DNA of 64,000 bases from Syncephalis fuscata S228 (GCA_025786725.1 JAHLTZ010000015.1:310001-374000), one strand, 5' to 3'; counted from the stretch's first letter, positions 43,513-55,620 are shown. A program made the numbers and translations. Notes: a model not told the origin generated them from the letters alone.

Positions 43513-45245
43513 TCACATTCTTTCTAACGGCGATATACCTAGTTGATAAATGGTATTTTTCAATATTAGTTCACAGGTGCTTAGTAGGTAAACTCGAGGA
43601 AAAGCAATATGTGCTGAATAGTTTTTTACACGTAAAGCATCGCAAACTTTCATTGTTGCTCTGGAAAGCCTTACTGCGAATGCTACAAGTAGGCATGGCT
43701 CACGACGTTCAAGCGCTACTTTTGCAACTTGTTCATAGTCAATTATCTCGCGTGCTACCTCGACTGCCGCATGAGCTGTTGACAAATGATGAGCGTATGT
43801 TTTATAGTCTGCATCGGTTAACAAACTGCTATCAAAAGAGTAATCGGCCGAATGAGCATCTAAAATAGCACATAGCTTTGCTCGAGTATAAAGTATATAA
43901 ACCATTGGCTGTCCTTTTTCCAATAATAGTTAGGTAGATCCTCAAGCAATCGAATGTATTTTTGTCGCTTTGTTTCCATAAAAAGACCTGCGAAAGTGGC
44001 GGCTGTTGTGGTATTAACAATTGTTGAATCCAATAAATGACACTTTGTGTTTTCGTTTAATTTTGTACTTGACCGATTAACTCTATCAACATCATCATCG
44101 GTGAGTCGATTAGCCGACATGCGTTGCATAGTTGACTGTATATAGGCGATAGACTTATCAATTGAATAATCAACAACCTTTTTCCTGTACTGTATTGGTC
44201 CTACAGGAATATACTCTAAATCAATCTGCGTATACAGCAACCTATCTCTAGCAGATAGTACCTTTAGCAAAGCATGTACTTGCTGTATTCGCATCTGGTA
44301 AGTCTCCGGTGCAATAACTAATAATTTTGTTGAGTTATCGTTATTTTCAGATGTTGTTCGTAATAGTGCTGCTGCCATATCGAGTAATAAACCAGTAGAA
44401 TCATGTACATCCGATACTAGTGGTAATAGTAAACGATTAGCACCAAAGGATATTAAATCCAATAAGCATGTATTGTTTTCTGAATTGATTGTCGCAATAT
44501 CCAATATTGTAATTGTCTTTTAAGTGCTGCTTGTTCGTCCAAAGAAGCTACACGTATTTCATCAGGCTCTAGACCAATTGATTTTAAATGGCGCATAACC
44601 AATGATATATTATCTAGTCGCATATTAATAACAGTTACCAGGCAGCAAATAGCTTACCAGTTGGCGAGGCAGGTAATAATAGTAGCCAATGGACTCTAGT
44701 ACCGTTGGATCGCATCATATTTACAATGCTTTGTGCTATTAGCTGTGCCCTTATTGGAGCATCCACGACTGGCGTAAACGCAGTCATAGAAGCTACTGGC
44801 CATTCAAGCACGGAAAGAGCTAATGTTGGCGCTTCTTTACTTTGACAGGTGTCAACTGGATGGATTAGACTTTGCTTTACCGCAATGCCAGCATTAGCAT
44901 GGCCACAGATTGCAGACGGACATATAATGATGTGCCCACTCGCGATAAAGCGGCAACGGTATCCGTCGCTACAAACTAGCAGATCGATATGCTTTCAGTT
45001 ATTATTGGATCAATTGGTTTCAGTACTTACCTTATTGAGCTGACTATCGAGCTCGGGTAAGGATGTCGTCTCTACCAGATTATGTAACGATAGCTTTATC
45101 TCACCACATTTGTTGTGCCATTGAAGTTGAATAGCTTTTTCTATCGTTTCAATTGAAAGGCTTTTCTGAAGACTATATAGCAATTCCACTTGTTGGCAAG
45201 CACCGGATATAACATCACAAGCTGTGCTTTTTGGCTTTCAAGCAT
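43513..45245 (-). CDS. Arginyl-tRNA-synthetase-like protein with DALR anticodon-binding domain and degenerate catalytic domain (DALRD3-like)
   Basis: GQPMVYILYTRAKLCAI, EPCLLVAFAVRL and LGISPLERM* match the ArgRS C-terminus. The HIGH region is replaced by EWPVASMTAFTPVVDAPIRAQLIAQSI. Several 1-bp frameshifts and two introns. Confidence 0.72.
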
Positions 45246-45330
45246 TGTAATTGAATTCGAAAGAATGTTTACTTTTAATTTTTTTGTCTAGTTGCTCTAC
45301 TATTTATTTTTGTTGTTGACAGCACCTACT

Positions 45331-46158
45331 ATGGAGTCATTCCGTTTATCTATGTTGCCTATGGGCACAGCATATTATATACCTAATTTTATTACCGAGC
45401 AAGAAGAAGAATCGCTACTCAAACAGGTACGAGTACTGTATGAGCTGAATGCAATAACACGATATTAACAACACAACAGGTCTACGCGGCACCAAAGCCC
45501 AAATGGGTAACACTTTCAAATAGACGTTTACAAAACTGGGGAAAGTATATTAACTTTTGAAGAATAGTAATAGCAAACTAAACGTACTTAACGTGTAGGT
45601 GGAATACCCGCCACAGAGGCATGCTGGTTGAACCGCTGCCTGACTGGCTTCAATGGCCATTACAGCGTATGGAAGAACAGCAGCTATCGGTATTTCCGAC
45701 AGATGCTCCAGCTAATCATTGTTTAGTTAACGAATACCTTGCCGGTCAAGGGATCATGGTAAGTAATCTATCAGTGGTAACAATAACGCTTTAACTTTAA
45801 TAAGCCACACGAAGATGGTCCAATGTATCTTCCATGTGTGGCTACACTGTCTCTAAATTCACATACTGTATTGGATTTCATACATCGAAATAATGATCAA
45901 GAACAACACGCAAGCTTTTCACTACTATTAGAACCGCGTAGTCTTTTTATTCAGCAAGACCAAGTTTATAAAGAGTATATGCACGGCATTAGCGAAACCA
46001 CCACTGATAATCTATCGGATGAACGTACATCAGCTCCATTATTACTGCCAGTGCCCGAACACTATCGTCATGACCAGATGGAGCGTAATACACGCGTTTC
46101 TCTTACCTATCGACGTGTAGCTAAATGTATTCGCGCACCTGCATTTTTACGCCATTAA
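45331..46158 (+). CDS. ALKBH6: AlkB-family 2OG-Fe(II) dioxygenase, ALKBH6-like
   Basis: YYIPNFITEQEE, APKPKWVTLSNRRLQNWG, NHCLVNEYLAGQGIM/PHEDGP, YMHGI, RNTRVSLTYR. Confidence 0.88.
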
Positions 46159-46243
46159 TTCGCAACACTATTACAAACACTAACGTTGGCTATAATGCCT
46201 ATACTATTTTTAATAAAATTGGATGATAATTAAAAAAGCCTTG

Positions 46244-47102
46244 TTATTGCGTAGGCTTATTTGGCGCTGCTTCTCCTAGCATGGCTCGTATCTGTGATCG
46301 CCGTGGCTGGAATGGCATGCCCAATCCACTAAGCAGTAAACGAGCTTCCCAGTTGGTTTGAGCGGTTGTAATGAAATTGATCTCAAAGCCAGATAGTCGA
46401 GGAATTCGATCGTATACTTCTTCGATCTCCGGAAATAGACCCATTACGTGCGAAGGAAAACCGAGTGCAATATTGCCTAGACCATCTCCACTGCCACCAC
46501 GAAGTACACGCCATTCTTTGATACGTGGCAATACAATTTCAGTCAATGTCTCAACAAAACTGTACATCTTTTCGCCACGTAGTTCTACTTTACAGCCAAA
46601 GGGCATGCCTTCACGTAGATGCCACGGTGCAGCATTTGACTTTGAATAAATTGTTTCTGGTTGTTGGCCGTAATGCAGCGCATAGCCGTAAATGTCGACA
46701 ATAGCGTGTATTTGTTATGCACCGCGTCCTTTGTCTGGCAGTGCACGATAACGCGTTCAAGCTCCGGCTGACTGGTATGCGTCTGTGGACGACGTTCCGG
46801 ATGCTTTGGACGAACACCACGTCGCTTAGGCGTCTCTCCAATCGTGTAGGCGGCATTACGTTTAGGCTTTGGTTCCGGTTCTAATGCGGTTGCTGCTTCC
46901 TTTGCCTGTTCAAGTTTTGCTTTTTCTTCCGCCAGATCCGCCTCGTGTTGATAAGTCAATACAAGCAGATCCTCGCGTAGCATGACGTGTAGTAATCGTG
47001 AAAACGCGAGAAAGACGTGGCGTGAGGTAGGGTCGAGATGCTGCGAAGTGCAGTGCCCGTTAGACGCGGCGACACAACTGCGCGTAAGTGATTCAACGCC
47101 AT
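46244..47102 (-). CDS. MRPL7: Mitochondrial large-subunit ribosomal protein uL5m
   Basis: Basic presequence, REDLLVLTY, PELERVIVH, GCKVELRGEKMYSFVETLTEIVLPRIKEW, EARLLLSGLGMPF. Frameshifts near 46985 and 46655. Confidence 0.9.
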
Positions 47103-47172
47103 GATCTAGCGAGAAAAAAATAAAGATTACAAAAATGTTAGCGCAAATGATGTGCAGATTAATTTGGTTAAC

Positions 47173-47720
47173 ATTTACTTTAACCCCCAGGGTAGTAAAT
47201 TTTTTTACGCAATCAATTACAACGATTTAAATAGTTGACGAGTCGATTGGATTAATTGTGTTTAAATCGTATTTATAATAAATGTTAATGTAATATAGCA
47301 ACATTATCATTTCCATAAAATACAATTAAATGTAACAGAACATTGTATTAGTAATAATTTAGCATTTAAATAAACAATGTAACATACTATTTGATTTCAT
47401 TGAAACATTTGAGGCTAATTATTGTCGTTGTTGCATATGTAGAAAGATTGATAAATATTAATAAAGCCGTATGTTATATTCCATGTCATTCCGCATTTAC
47501 TGTTATTGCATCTACATACACATGGATTTTGATCTAATGGTGTCTTTTATTTTACAATATGCTACTATTGCATTTTGGGCATATCTGTGATGTAAGATTA
47601 ATATTAATACAATTATTATAAAACTATGCAGTATGAATACTGCTTTAAATTATTCATAATAACAAGTTGATGTAAAAATAGAGAACAAAATGTAATAATA
47701 AATGAAACAGAAAGAGACGC
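47173..47720 (+). mobile_element. Copy of the dispersed repeat family with a hairpin-bearing terminus
   Basis: Begins ATTTACTTTAACCCCCAGGGTAGTAAAT, matching the reverse complement of 21240-21268. The body matches the 20, 38 and 42 kb copies. The right boundary is approximate. Confidence 0.7.
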
Positions 47721-48008
47721 AAAAGAAGAAGAAAAGGATCTATCACAAATAATAGAGATCACTAGAATACAAAAAGATAAGTTATTGCTTACATTTTATT
47801 ATTGTAGTTTCGCAGCAATAGCATATTCCATCATACGAACTACACTATAAAGCATGTTTTATATATTTGATAACAAGACTAGCTATTGCTGGCAGTTTTA
47901 ATACACACTGATCACTAAAAAGCTATTGATATAATATAACTAACTTAAAATCATTTCAGCATAGTGCCCTAATATTCAAATACAAGTTTGCATAATAGCC
48001 AGACTTTG

Positions 48009-48026
48009 TATGCAAGTAAACAGGTT
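48009..48026 (+). promoter_or_regulatory. Conserved upstream motif TATGCAAGTAAACAGGTT (forkhead-like core GTAAACA); representative copy
   Basis: Also at 37235-37252 (minus), 49545-49561, 50954-50971, 52733-52750 (variant) and 54498-54515, each about 150-165 bp before a receptor ATG. Confidence 0.7.
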
Positions 48027-48179
48027 ACTTGCATGTACGTTTTCACGTGTATATTTGGAATCATTAGCCAGCAGATTTATCCGCCAAAACTCTTTCTCAA
48101 TCATACTCCCATTGTTTTATCACCTTTTATCAGTTCAGCTTTATATAACATATGTACATTTAATCAATGTATTGCAACC

Positions 48180-49120
48180 ATGAACACTACTCAAAGTTTT
48201 CTACAAGATGACATGGGCTGGGAGCACAATGCTACACGGCTATGGGGTATTCCACTTCATCCATCTGGCGAAATATACTTATACGACTTTATAACAGCAG
48301 CGCCGAATGATAGACATGACACTCAAGCTAAATTATTTAGCGCTTACTTTAAATTTTTATTAATATCTTTATAATGCTGATTTTTATATCAAACTTGTAG
48401 TTTCAATTTGCATGATTTAAACCGAGCCTACTCTTTTTCCGGGTGGTGCTGTTTAATACCTGCTTTTTTGGTATTAGTTGGTCTGCTTTTGTAGTTTTAT
48501 ATCTTTTTGAAATTTGAATTGCCGAGAAATAGTCTGGTATACTATTGCTGCGTTTACAGTATCAAGTGTAGCTAATAGTATGCTTGTGCTGCAAAAAACA
48601 TACATCGTTTTTTTAAAACAACGTTGGATTTTAGTTGTTGGTATTATTTGTATATTGCCTCAGTTGGGATTTATACCGTTTTCTATAACTGTAGTTTACG
48701 TCACACTCGAAAATACGGCGGTTGTTTTACTAATTATCCTAGCTCGGTGCCTTTATATGGTTCGGTGTTACCATACCTGTCAATGCACTGTTCTCGGGAG
48801 TATTTAGCTATGTAGCATATCAACATTATAAGACATTTGGATCAGAAGCATGGAGACGACTGACACGTAACGGTATTCAATCATGTGCTTAGTAGTGTTT
48901 TGCAATATCATTTGTGCAATATGCATTTTATTCAAAGTAGGCGATTCATATTCACAATGTTTTTTGTTATAGATTGGTAGTAACTAGACAAATTGATTGA
49001 CATACTACTAATCGTATGTTAGGTGTATTACATCAATGTTTTAGTTTATCATTGCGGTCTTAAAGGAGCAGCAAAACTTCATCAACGCATCATAATGTTT
49101 TGCTAAATATAATTTGCTAA
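48180..49120 (+). pseudogene. 7TM receptor copy B, multiple 1-bp frameshifts (pseudogene or assembly errors)
   Basis: MNTTQSFLQDDMGWEHNATRLWGIPLHPSGE start. The defects I can see are single-base deletions relative to paralogs. Confidence 0.6.
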
Positions 49121-49725
49121 AAATATTTAAACATAAACCTATTGCCAAATCTATGTAAATTTCTAATAAACATAAGTAGTCAACAGCTAATAGAATGCAA
49201 CATGTAAAGGCATACTAGAGTTATTTTCAACATATTACAAAACAGTCATTCTATTTGAGATTATTTAGTTGTAATATATATATATTATGATTTATGTGTT
49301 TGATAGCAAGTTTGGCTATTGTAAGCTGTTTTAGTGCGTGTAATGCTAATTGTTTATTAAATGAATATATACGGCAACAATATAGCACAGCATAATGAAA
49401 TTTAACTCTAGGCAGAACATACCATCTCAGTATAGTTAGTATACACCAATTACCAAAAGCTATCGATATAGAATAATAGCTTTTGATCATTTCGGCATAA
49501 CAATTTGTACTCAAGGACAAGTTTGCATAATAACTAGATTTCAAATGCAAGTAAACAGGTTATTACGTGCATTATGCATGTATTGTGCGTGCGCAGTTTG
49601 AGATTAGCAGCCAGCAAATTTATCTCTTAAAAGCCTTTCGATCATTAATATCCCCATTCACTTTATTATTCTCTATCAATTCACTTTTATATAATATATG
49701 TATATTTGATCAATATAGCGCAACC

Positions 49726-50695
49726 ATGAGCACTAATCAAAGTCTTGTACAGGATGACATAACTGGAGACACAATGCCACGCGATTATGGGGTGTTCCGC
49801 TTCATCCATCGGGTGAAACGCCTTTATACAACTTTATAACAGCAATGCCGAATGATAGACACGCCGTTCAAACTCGATTGTTCAGCATCTATGCCGCATT
49901 AGCTATTAGTATTTCTGCAGCACTAATAGTTATATCAAACTTTGCAACCTCAATTCGCATGGTTTTAAATCGGCCACAATTTCTTTCTGGATGGTGCTTC
50001 TTAATATCTGGCTTGTTTGGCACTGTCTGGTTCTTTTTCTTAGTTCTGTATTTTTTCGAGATTCTAAATTGCCGAGAAACGATTTGGTATATTCTTACTG
50101 CATTTTCAGTTGCAAGTGTGAGCAACAGTATAGTTGTACTGCAAAAGGCATATATTGTGCTTTTAAAACAACGCTGGGTTTTGGTTGTTGGTATCATTCT
50201 TATATTACCGCAGTTAGGATTTACACCGTTTGCTATAAGCATAGTTTATGTTACACTTGAAAAATATGGTGGCTGCATTGCTAATTACCCTATTTCAATG
50301 CCTTTATACTGGTTCGGTGCCACCATGCCTGTTAACACTCTATTTTCGGGAATATTCAGCTATGTGGCATATCAACAGTATAAAGCATTTGGTTCAGATG
50401 CATGGAAGAGACTGGCGCGTAATGGTATTCAAACTATGTGCCTAGTAGTGTTTTTAAATATTACCTGCGCAGTAGGAACTTTATTTAAATTAGGCGATTC
50501 GTATTCACAAATGTTTTTTGTCTTAGATTGGTAAGAGGTTACGCAAATTGCTTGACATTTTACTAATTACGTACTAGGTGTGTTACATCAACCATTTTAG
50601 TTAATCACTGTAATTCGGCGAAAAACCATAAAACGTCATCAGCAGCATTAAACTACTCACCTTTTCTTAATTCAAAAAAAGACACCCAGGTATAA
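49726..50695 (+). CDS. 7TM receptor copy C (one 1-bp deletion near 49761)
   Basis: ORF 49845-50534 plus an upstream MSTNQSLVQDD start and a last exon CVTSTILVNHC...TQV*. Confidence 0.78.
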
Positions 50696-51126
50696 GCTGT
50701 TACAAATTTATACAGCTTTTTAATGTATATAAACAGCAAACACTAATTATTTATTTATTAAGTTAGTGTGTTTTGCAACAATAATATAAACTGTAGAATA
50801 ATGAGGTTTACTATCAAGCAAAAACATGCTAATCCAATATAATTAACAAATACCAAATGTCCAAAGCTGTAAATTTAACATGGTGTTACGTGTAAATTAT
50901 TTTTAAAAGCGGCTTAGCATACAGTGTAGCTTATGTGTTCAGCATGATATTTATATGCAAGTAAACAGGTTTACTCGCATAGTATGTACATACGCGCAAT
51001 GCGGAACCGACAGCCGGTAGATTTATCATTCACGCCTACTTATTTTCAATATCCCCTATTTCTTTATCGTTCATCAGCCAACCTTTACATTTTAAATTAC
51101 ATTTGTATATCTAAGCAGTCATAGAC

Positions 51127-52058
51127 ATGGGCACTACTCAAAACCTTGTAAACAATGACATGGACTGGAGACACAATGCTACACGGCTATGGGGTATTCC
51201 GCTTCATCCGTCTGGCGAAACGTACTCATATGATTTTTTAATAACAACGTCAAACGATAGACATGACGCTCAAGCTAGACTGTTTATAGTTTACGCTCAA
51301 GTTATTATCAATATTTTTATAGCAATCATGTTTGTGCCAAACTTTGTAATCTCAATTCGTATGGTTATAAATCGTCCATACTCTCTTTCTGGATGCTGCT
51401 GTCTAATACCTGCGTTAGCTGCTATTTTTTGGTATATTTTTATAGTTTTATATTTATTTCAAATTCTAAATTGCCGAGAAATAGTCTGGTATACTATTGC
51501 TGCGTTTACAGTATCAAGTGTAGCTAATAGTATGCTTGTGCTGCAAAAGGCATACATCGTTTTCTTAAAACAACGTTGGATTCTAGCTGTAGGCGTTTTG
51601 TTTATATTGCCTCAGTTGGGATTTATGCCATTTTCCATAAAATCAATTTATGCTAATTTTGAAAAAGACAATGGCTGCATTGTCCACTATTCCACTTCAA
51701 TGTCTTTATACTGGTTTGGCGTTACCATACCTGTAAACACATTTTTTTCGGGAATATTTAGTTGCATAGCATACCAACATTATAAAAAATTCGGATCAGC
51801 TGCATGGAAGCGATTGGCGCATAATGGTATTAAGACGATGTGTCTAGTAGTTTTTTGCAATATCATGTGTGCAGTATGCGTTTTATTTGAATTAGGCGGC
51901 TTATATTCACAGATGTTCTTTATTATAGATTGGTAAGTAATTAGACAGATTGATTGTTACGCTGCTAACTATGTTTTAGGTTCACTACGTCAACTATTTT
52001 GGTTAATCATTGCAGTGTGCTAAAAAAACGTATAACATTCTCGCATTATCTGACTTAA
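51127..52058 (+). CDS. 7TM receptor copy D (intact)
   Basis: 269-aa ORF, intron after IIDW, last exon FTTSTILVNHC...YLT*. Confidence 0.85.
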
Positions 52059-52906
52059 TAATAGTAAATCGTTAATAGCGGGAAGGATCGATGCTTTACT
52101 AAAGAATAGCAATTTTGTGCATATTTATATTGAAAGTATTCTGTTCGTTCATCTAAAGATGGTAATACCGTATATCATCTAGAGTCGGTGACCAATCGGG
52201 CTTTCAATTCAATTTGAGATAACATTGTTAACAATGCTATGATTTCCAACTACATTCAGTTTACAAAAAAGTGTCCAAATATGAATTCATTAAAATGCTG
52301 ATAAAATATTATATACTTATTAGTAGTCAAATTCAACCAATTGTAGTATTTAAACACATAATAAAATCTTTTTAATAGGTAAAAAATATTCACCCGATCC
52401 AGTATTCACTTATCATGATATATTATTCCAGCTTGTAATGTATATGTGCGTATAATATACTTATTATAGCTCCACATAATTAATTGCATTTTTAACAACA
52501 AGAGGCGCATTAAACAGTTTAATGCATGTAATACTGTTTGTTTACTAAATTGCTATACATGATAACAACATAATACACGTATAGTGATATTCGACTGTAA
52601 ATAGGCATGTTACTTTAATATAATTAGTACACGCAGATTATAAAAAACCACCAATATGGTATAATTAGGTTTAAATTGTCTCAACATAATATTTAATGTT
52701 TAAAGAAATGTCTGTATAATAACTGGATTCCATATGCAGATAAACAGGTTCTTACAGAAATTGTGCGTGTATTTATGCGTATGCAACGTGGAAATATTAG
52801 TGTACAGGTTTATCGTTCAAAAGACGTTAGTTTACGGATATTCCCATTTCTATCATTTTTATTAGCTTTTCTTTATATATGTACATTTAAGCAATATATT
52901 AAAACC

Positions 52907-53877
52907 ATGAACGCTACTCAAGATTTTGTACGGGATGATATAGACTGGAGGCACAATGCCACGCGATTGTGGAATGTGCCACTTCATCCATCGGGTGAAA
53001 TACTTTTATACAATTTTATAACAGCGGTGCCAAATGATATTCATACCACTCGTACTCGACTATTTACCATGTATGCCCAAATAGTTATTAATATGTTTAT
53101 AATGTCAATATTTATGCCAAATCTTGCAAAATCCATCCGCATGATTGCAAATCGACCACAATTTCTTTCCGGATGGTGCTGCTTGGTCCCTGCTTTATTT
53201 GGTGTTGGTTGGCTTGTTTACATATTTACGTATCTCTTTGAGAAGACATGTTGCCGAGAAGCAGTTTGGTTTGCGTTTACTGCATCTTCATTTTCAAGCG
53301 TCAGCAACAGTATAATTGTGTTACAAAAAGCATACATTGTTCTTTTAAAAAACCAATGGGTGGTTGCTGTCGGAATTTTGCTTATATTGCCGCAGCTGGG
53401 ATTTATACTGCTAGGTATAAAACTAACTTATGTTACCATGGACAATAGTGGCATGTGCCTTGCTCACTATTCTAGCTCGGTGCCTTTATACTGGTTCGGT
53501 GTTACTATACCTGTCAATATACTGTTCTCGGGAATATTCAGCTATGTGGCATATCAACAGTATAAGGCATTTGGCTCAGAAGCATGGAAAAGGCTGGCGC
53601 GTAATGGTATTCAAGTCATGTGTCTAGTAGTGTTTTGCAATATCATTTGTGCAATATGCGTTTTATTTAAAGTAGGCAATTCATATTCACAAATGTTTTT
53701 TGTTTTAGATTGGTAAGTGATTAAGCAAATTGATTGATATATTACTAATTGTATATTAGGTGTGTTACATCGACCATTTTGGTTAATCACTGTAGTTCAG
53801 TGAAAAACCGCAAAACACCATCAGAAACATTAAACTGCTCTGATAATTTTAATTCACAAGAAGACACTCAAGTATAG
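52907..53877 (+). CDS. 7TM receptor copy E (intact)
   Basis: ATG at 52907 (MNATQDFVRDDIDWRHNATRLW), intron after VLDW, last exon CVTSTILVNHC...TQV*. Confidence 0.85.
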
Positions 53878-54664
53878 GTTGTTAAAAATGTATACAGCTT
53901 TTTAATGTATATATAAATAACTAGCAACCAATAAGTTGTAGCGTCTTAACCACCAAACTAGATAAGAATAGAATAAGAATAAAAATTGATGTTTTATTAA
54001 AAGATGCACAATTATGTGTGTATTTATGTTGAGGTATACCACTCATGTACCACGGATATAAAAGTAAATTATGTGATTAAAGTGTATGGCTTGTAACAAC
54101 GCACGAAAGTAGTATGTAAATACATATTAATGTTATCTCTAATGTACAAAAAGTATTTATTTTATCCACAACTTAATTGTCATAATGTATTGCTGAAAAT
54201 TATAATGTATATATTTGTAATGTATTAGTTTTAGCATATGTCATAATTTATGTATTTTAAAACAATACTGGCTATTATGATCAATCTAGTACATGTAATA
54301 ATGTATACTAAATCAATATATACGGCAGCAATATAACACATGGCACAGCGAGGTTTAATGTCAAACAGAGCATGCTATTTCAGTATAGTTAGTATGCACA
54401 AATTATCAAAAGTTACCGATATAGAATAATAGATTTTGATTATTTTAGCATAAAAATTTAGTACTCAAGAACGAGTGCGCATGATAGCTAGATTGTTTAT
54501 GCAAGTAAACAGGTTATTGTGTGCATTGTGCGTGCGTAGTTTGAATCATTAGCCAGCAGATTTATCCGCCAAAACTCTTTCTCAATCATACTCCCATTGT
54601 TTTATCACCTTTTATCAGTTCAGCTTTATATAACATATGTACATTTAATCAATGTATTGCAACC

Positions 54665-55620
54665 ATGAACACTACTCAAAGTTTTCTACAAGATGACATG
54701 GGCTGGGAGCACAATGCTACACGGCTATGGGGTATTCTACTTCATTCATCTGGCGAAACGCCTTTATATAATTTATAACAGCAGCGCCGAATGATAGACA
54801 CACCGTTCAATTTTGCTTGTTTAACATTTATGCTCAAATATTTATTAATTTTTGTATAATGCTAGTATTTATTTCAAATCTTAAAAATGCAATTTGTATG
54901 ATTATAAATCAACCACAACTTCTTTCTGGGTAATGTTGTTTAATACCTACTTTATTTGGCGTTGGTTGGATTGTTTATGTAGTTACAGCTATTTTCGAAA
55001 AACAAATTGTTGAAAAGCAATTTGGTTTTTTTACTGTGTTTTCATTTTCAAGCGTCAGCAACAGTATAATTATGCTACAAAAAGCATACATTGTTTTTTT
55101 AAAAAAACTGATGGGTTATTATTGTTGAAATCCTGCTTATATTGCCACAGTTGAGACTTGCACCGCTCGCCATAATTGTAATTTATATTAAACTTGAAGA
55201 ACATGATGGTTACATTGCTCACTATTCTATTTCAATGCCTTTATACTGGTTCGGTGTTACTATACCTGTCAATATACTGTTCTCGGGAATATTCAGCTAT
55301 GTGGCATATCAACAGTATAAGGCATTTGGCTCAGAAGCATGGAAAAGGCTGGCGCGTAATGGTATTCAAGTCATGTGTCTAGTAGTGTTTTGCAATATCA
55401 TTTGTGCAATATGCGTTTTATTTAAAGTAGGCAATTCATATTCACAAATGTTTTTTGTTTTAGATTGGTAAGTGATTAAGCAAATTGATTGATATATTAC
55501 TAATTGTATATTAGGTGTAGTACATTAACTATTTTAGTTCATCATTGTATTTCGGTGAAAACTTGTAAAACTTCACATTCTGGAGTAAGTGAAAGGTTAA
55601 ACCTGCGCGCAGTGGTTTAA
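54665..55620 (+). pseudogene. 7TM receptor copy F, pseudogene
   Basis: Substitution-derived stops: TAA at the SGW Trp (54931), TGA at the CRE Arg (55011), TGA near 55109, plus frameshifts. Confidence 0.8.

Noticed and set aside
44445-44453. ATATCCTTT on the minus strand as a second U12 donor
   Set aside because: It lies inside a continuous ORF that aligns with ArgRS (LLDLISFG), so no intron is needed.
52763-52906. 48-aa N-terminal extension of receptor E
   Set aside because: Paralog alignment puts the start at 52907; the extension is promoter or UTR.
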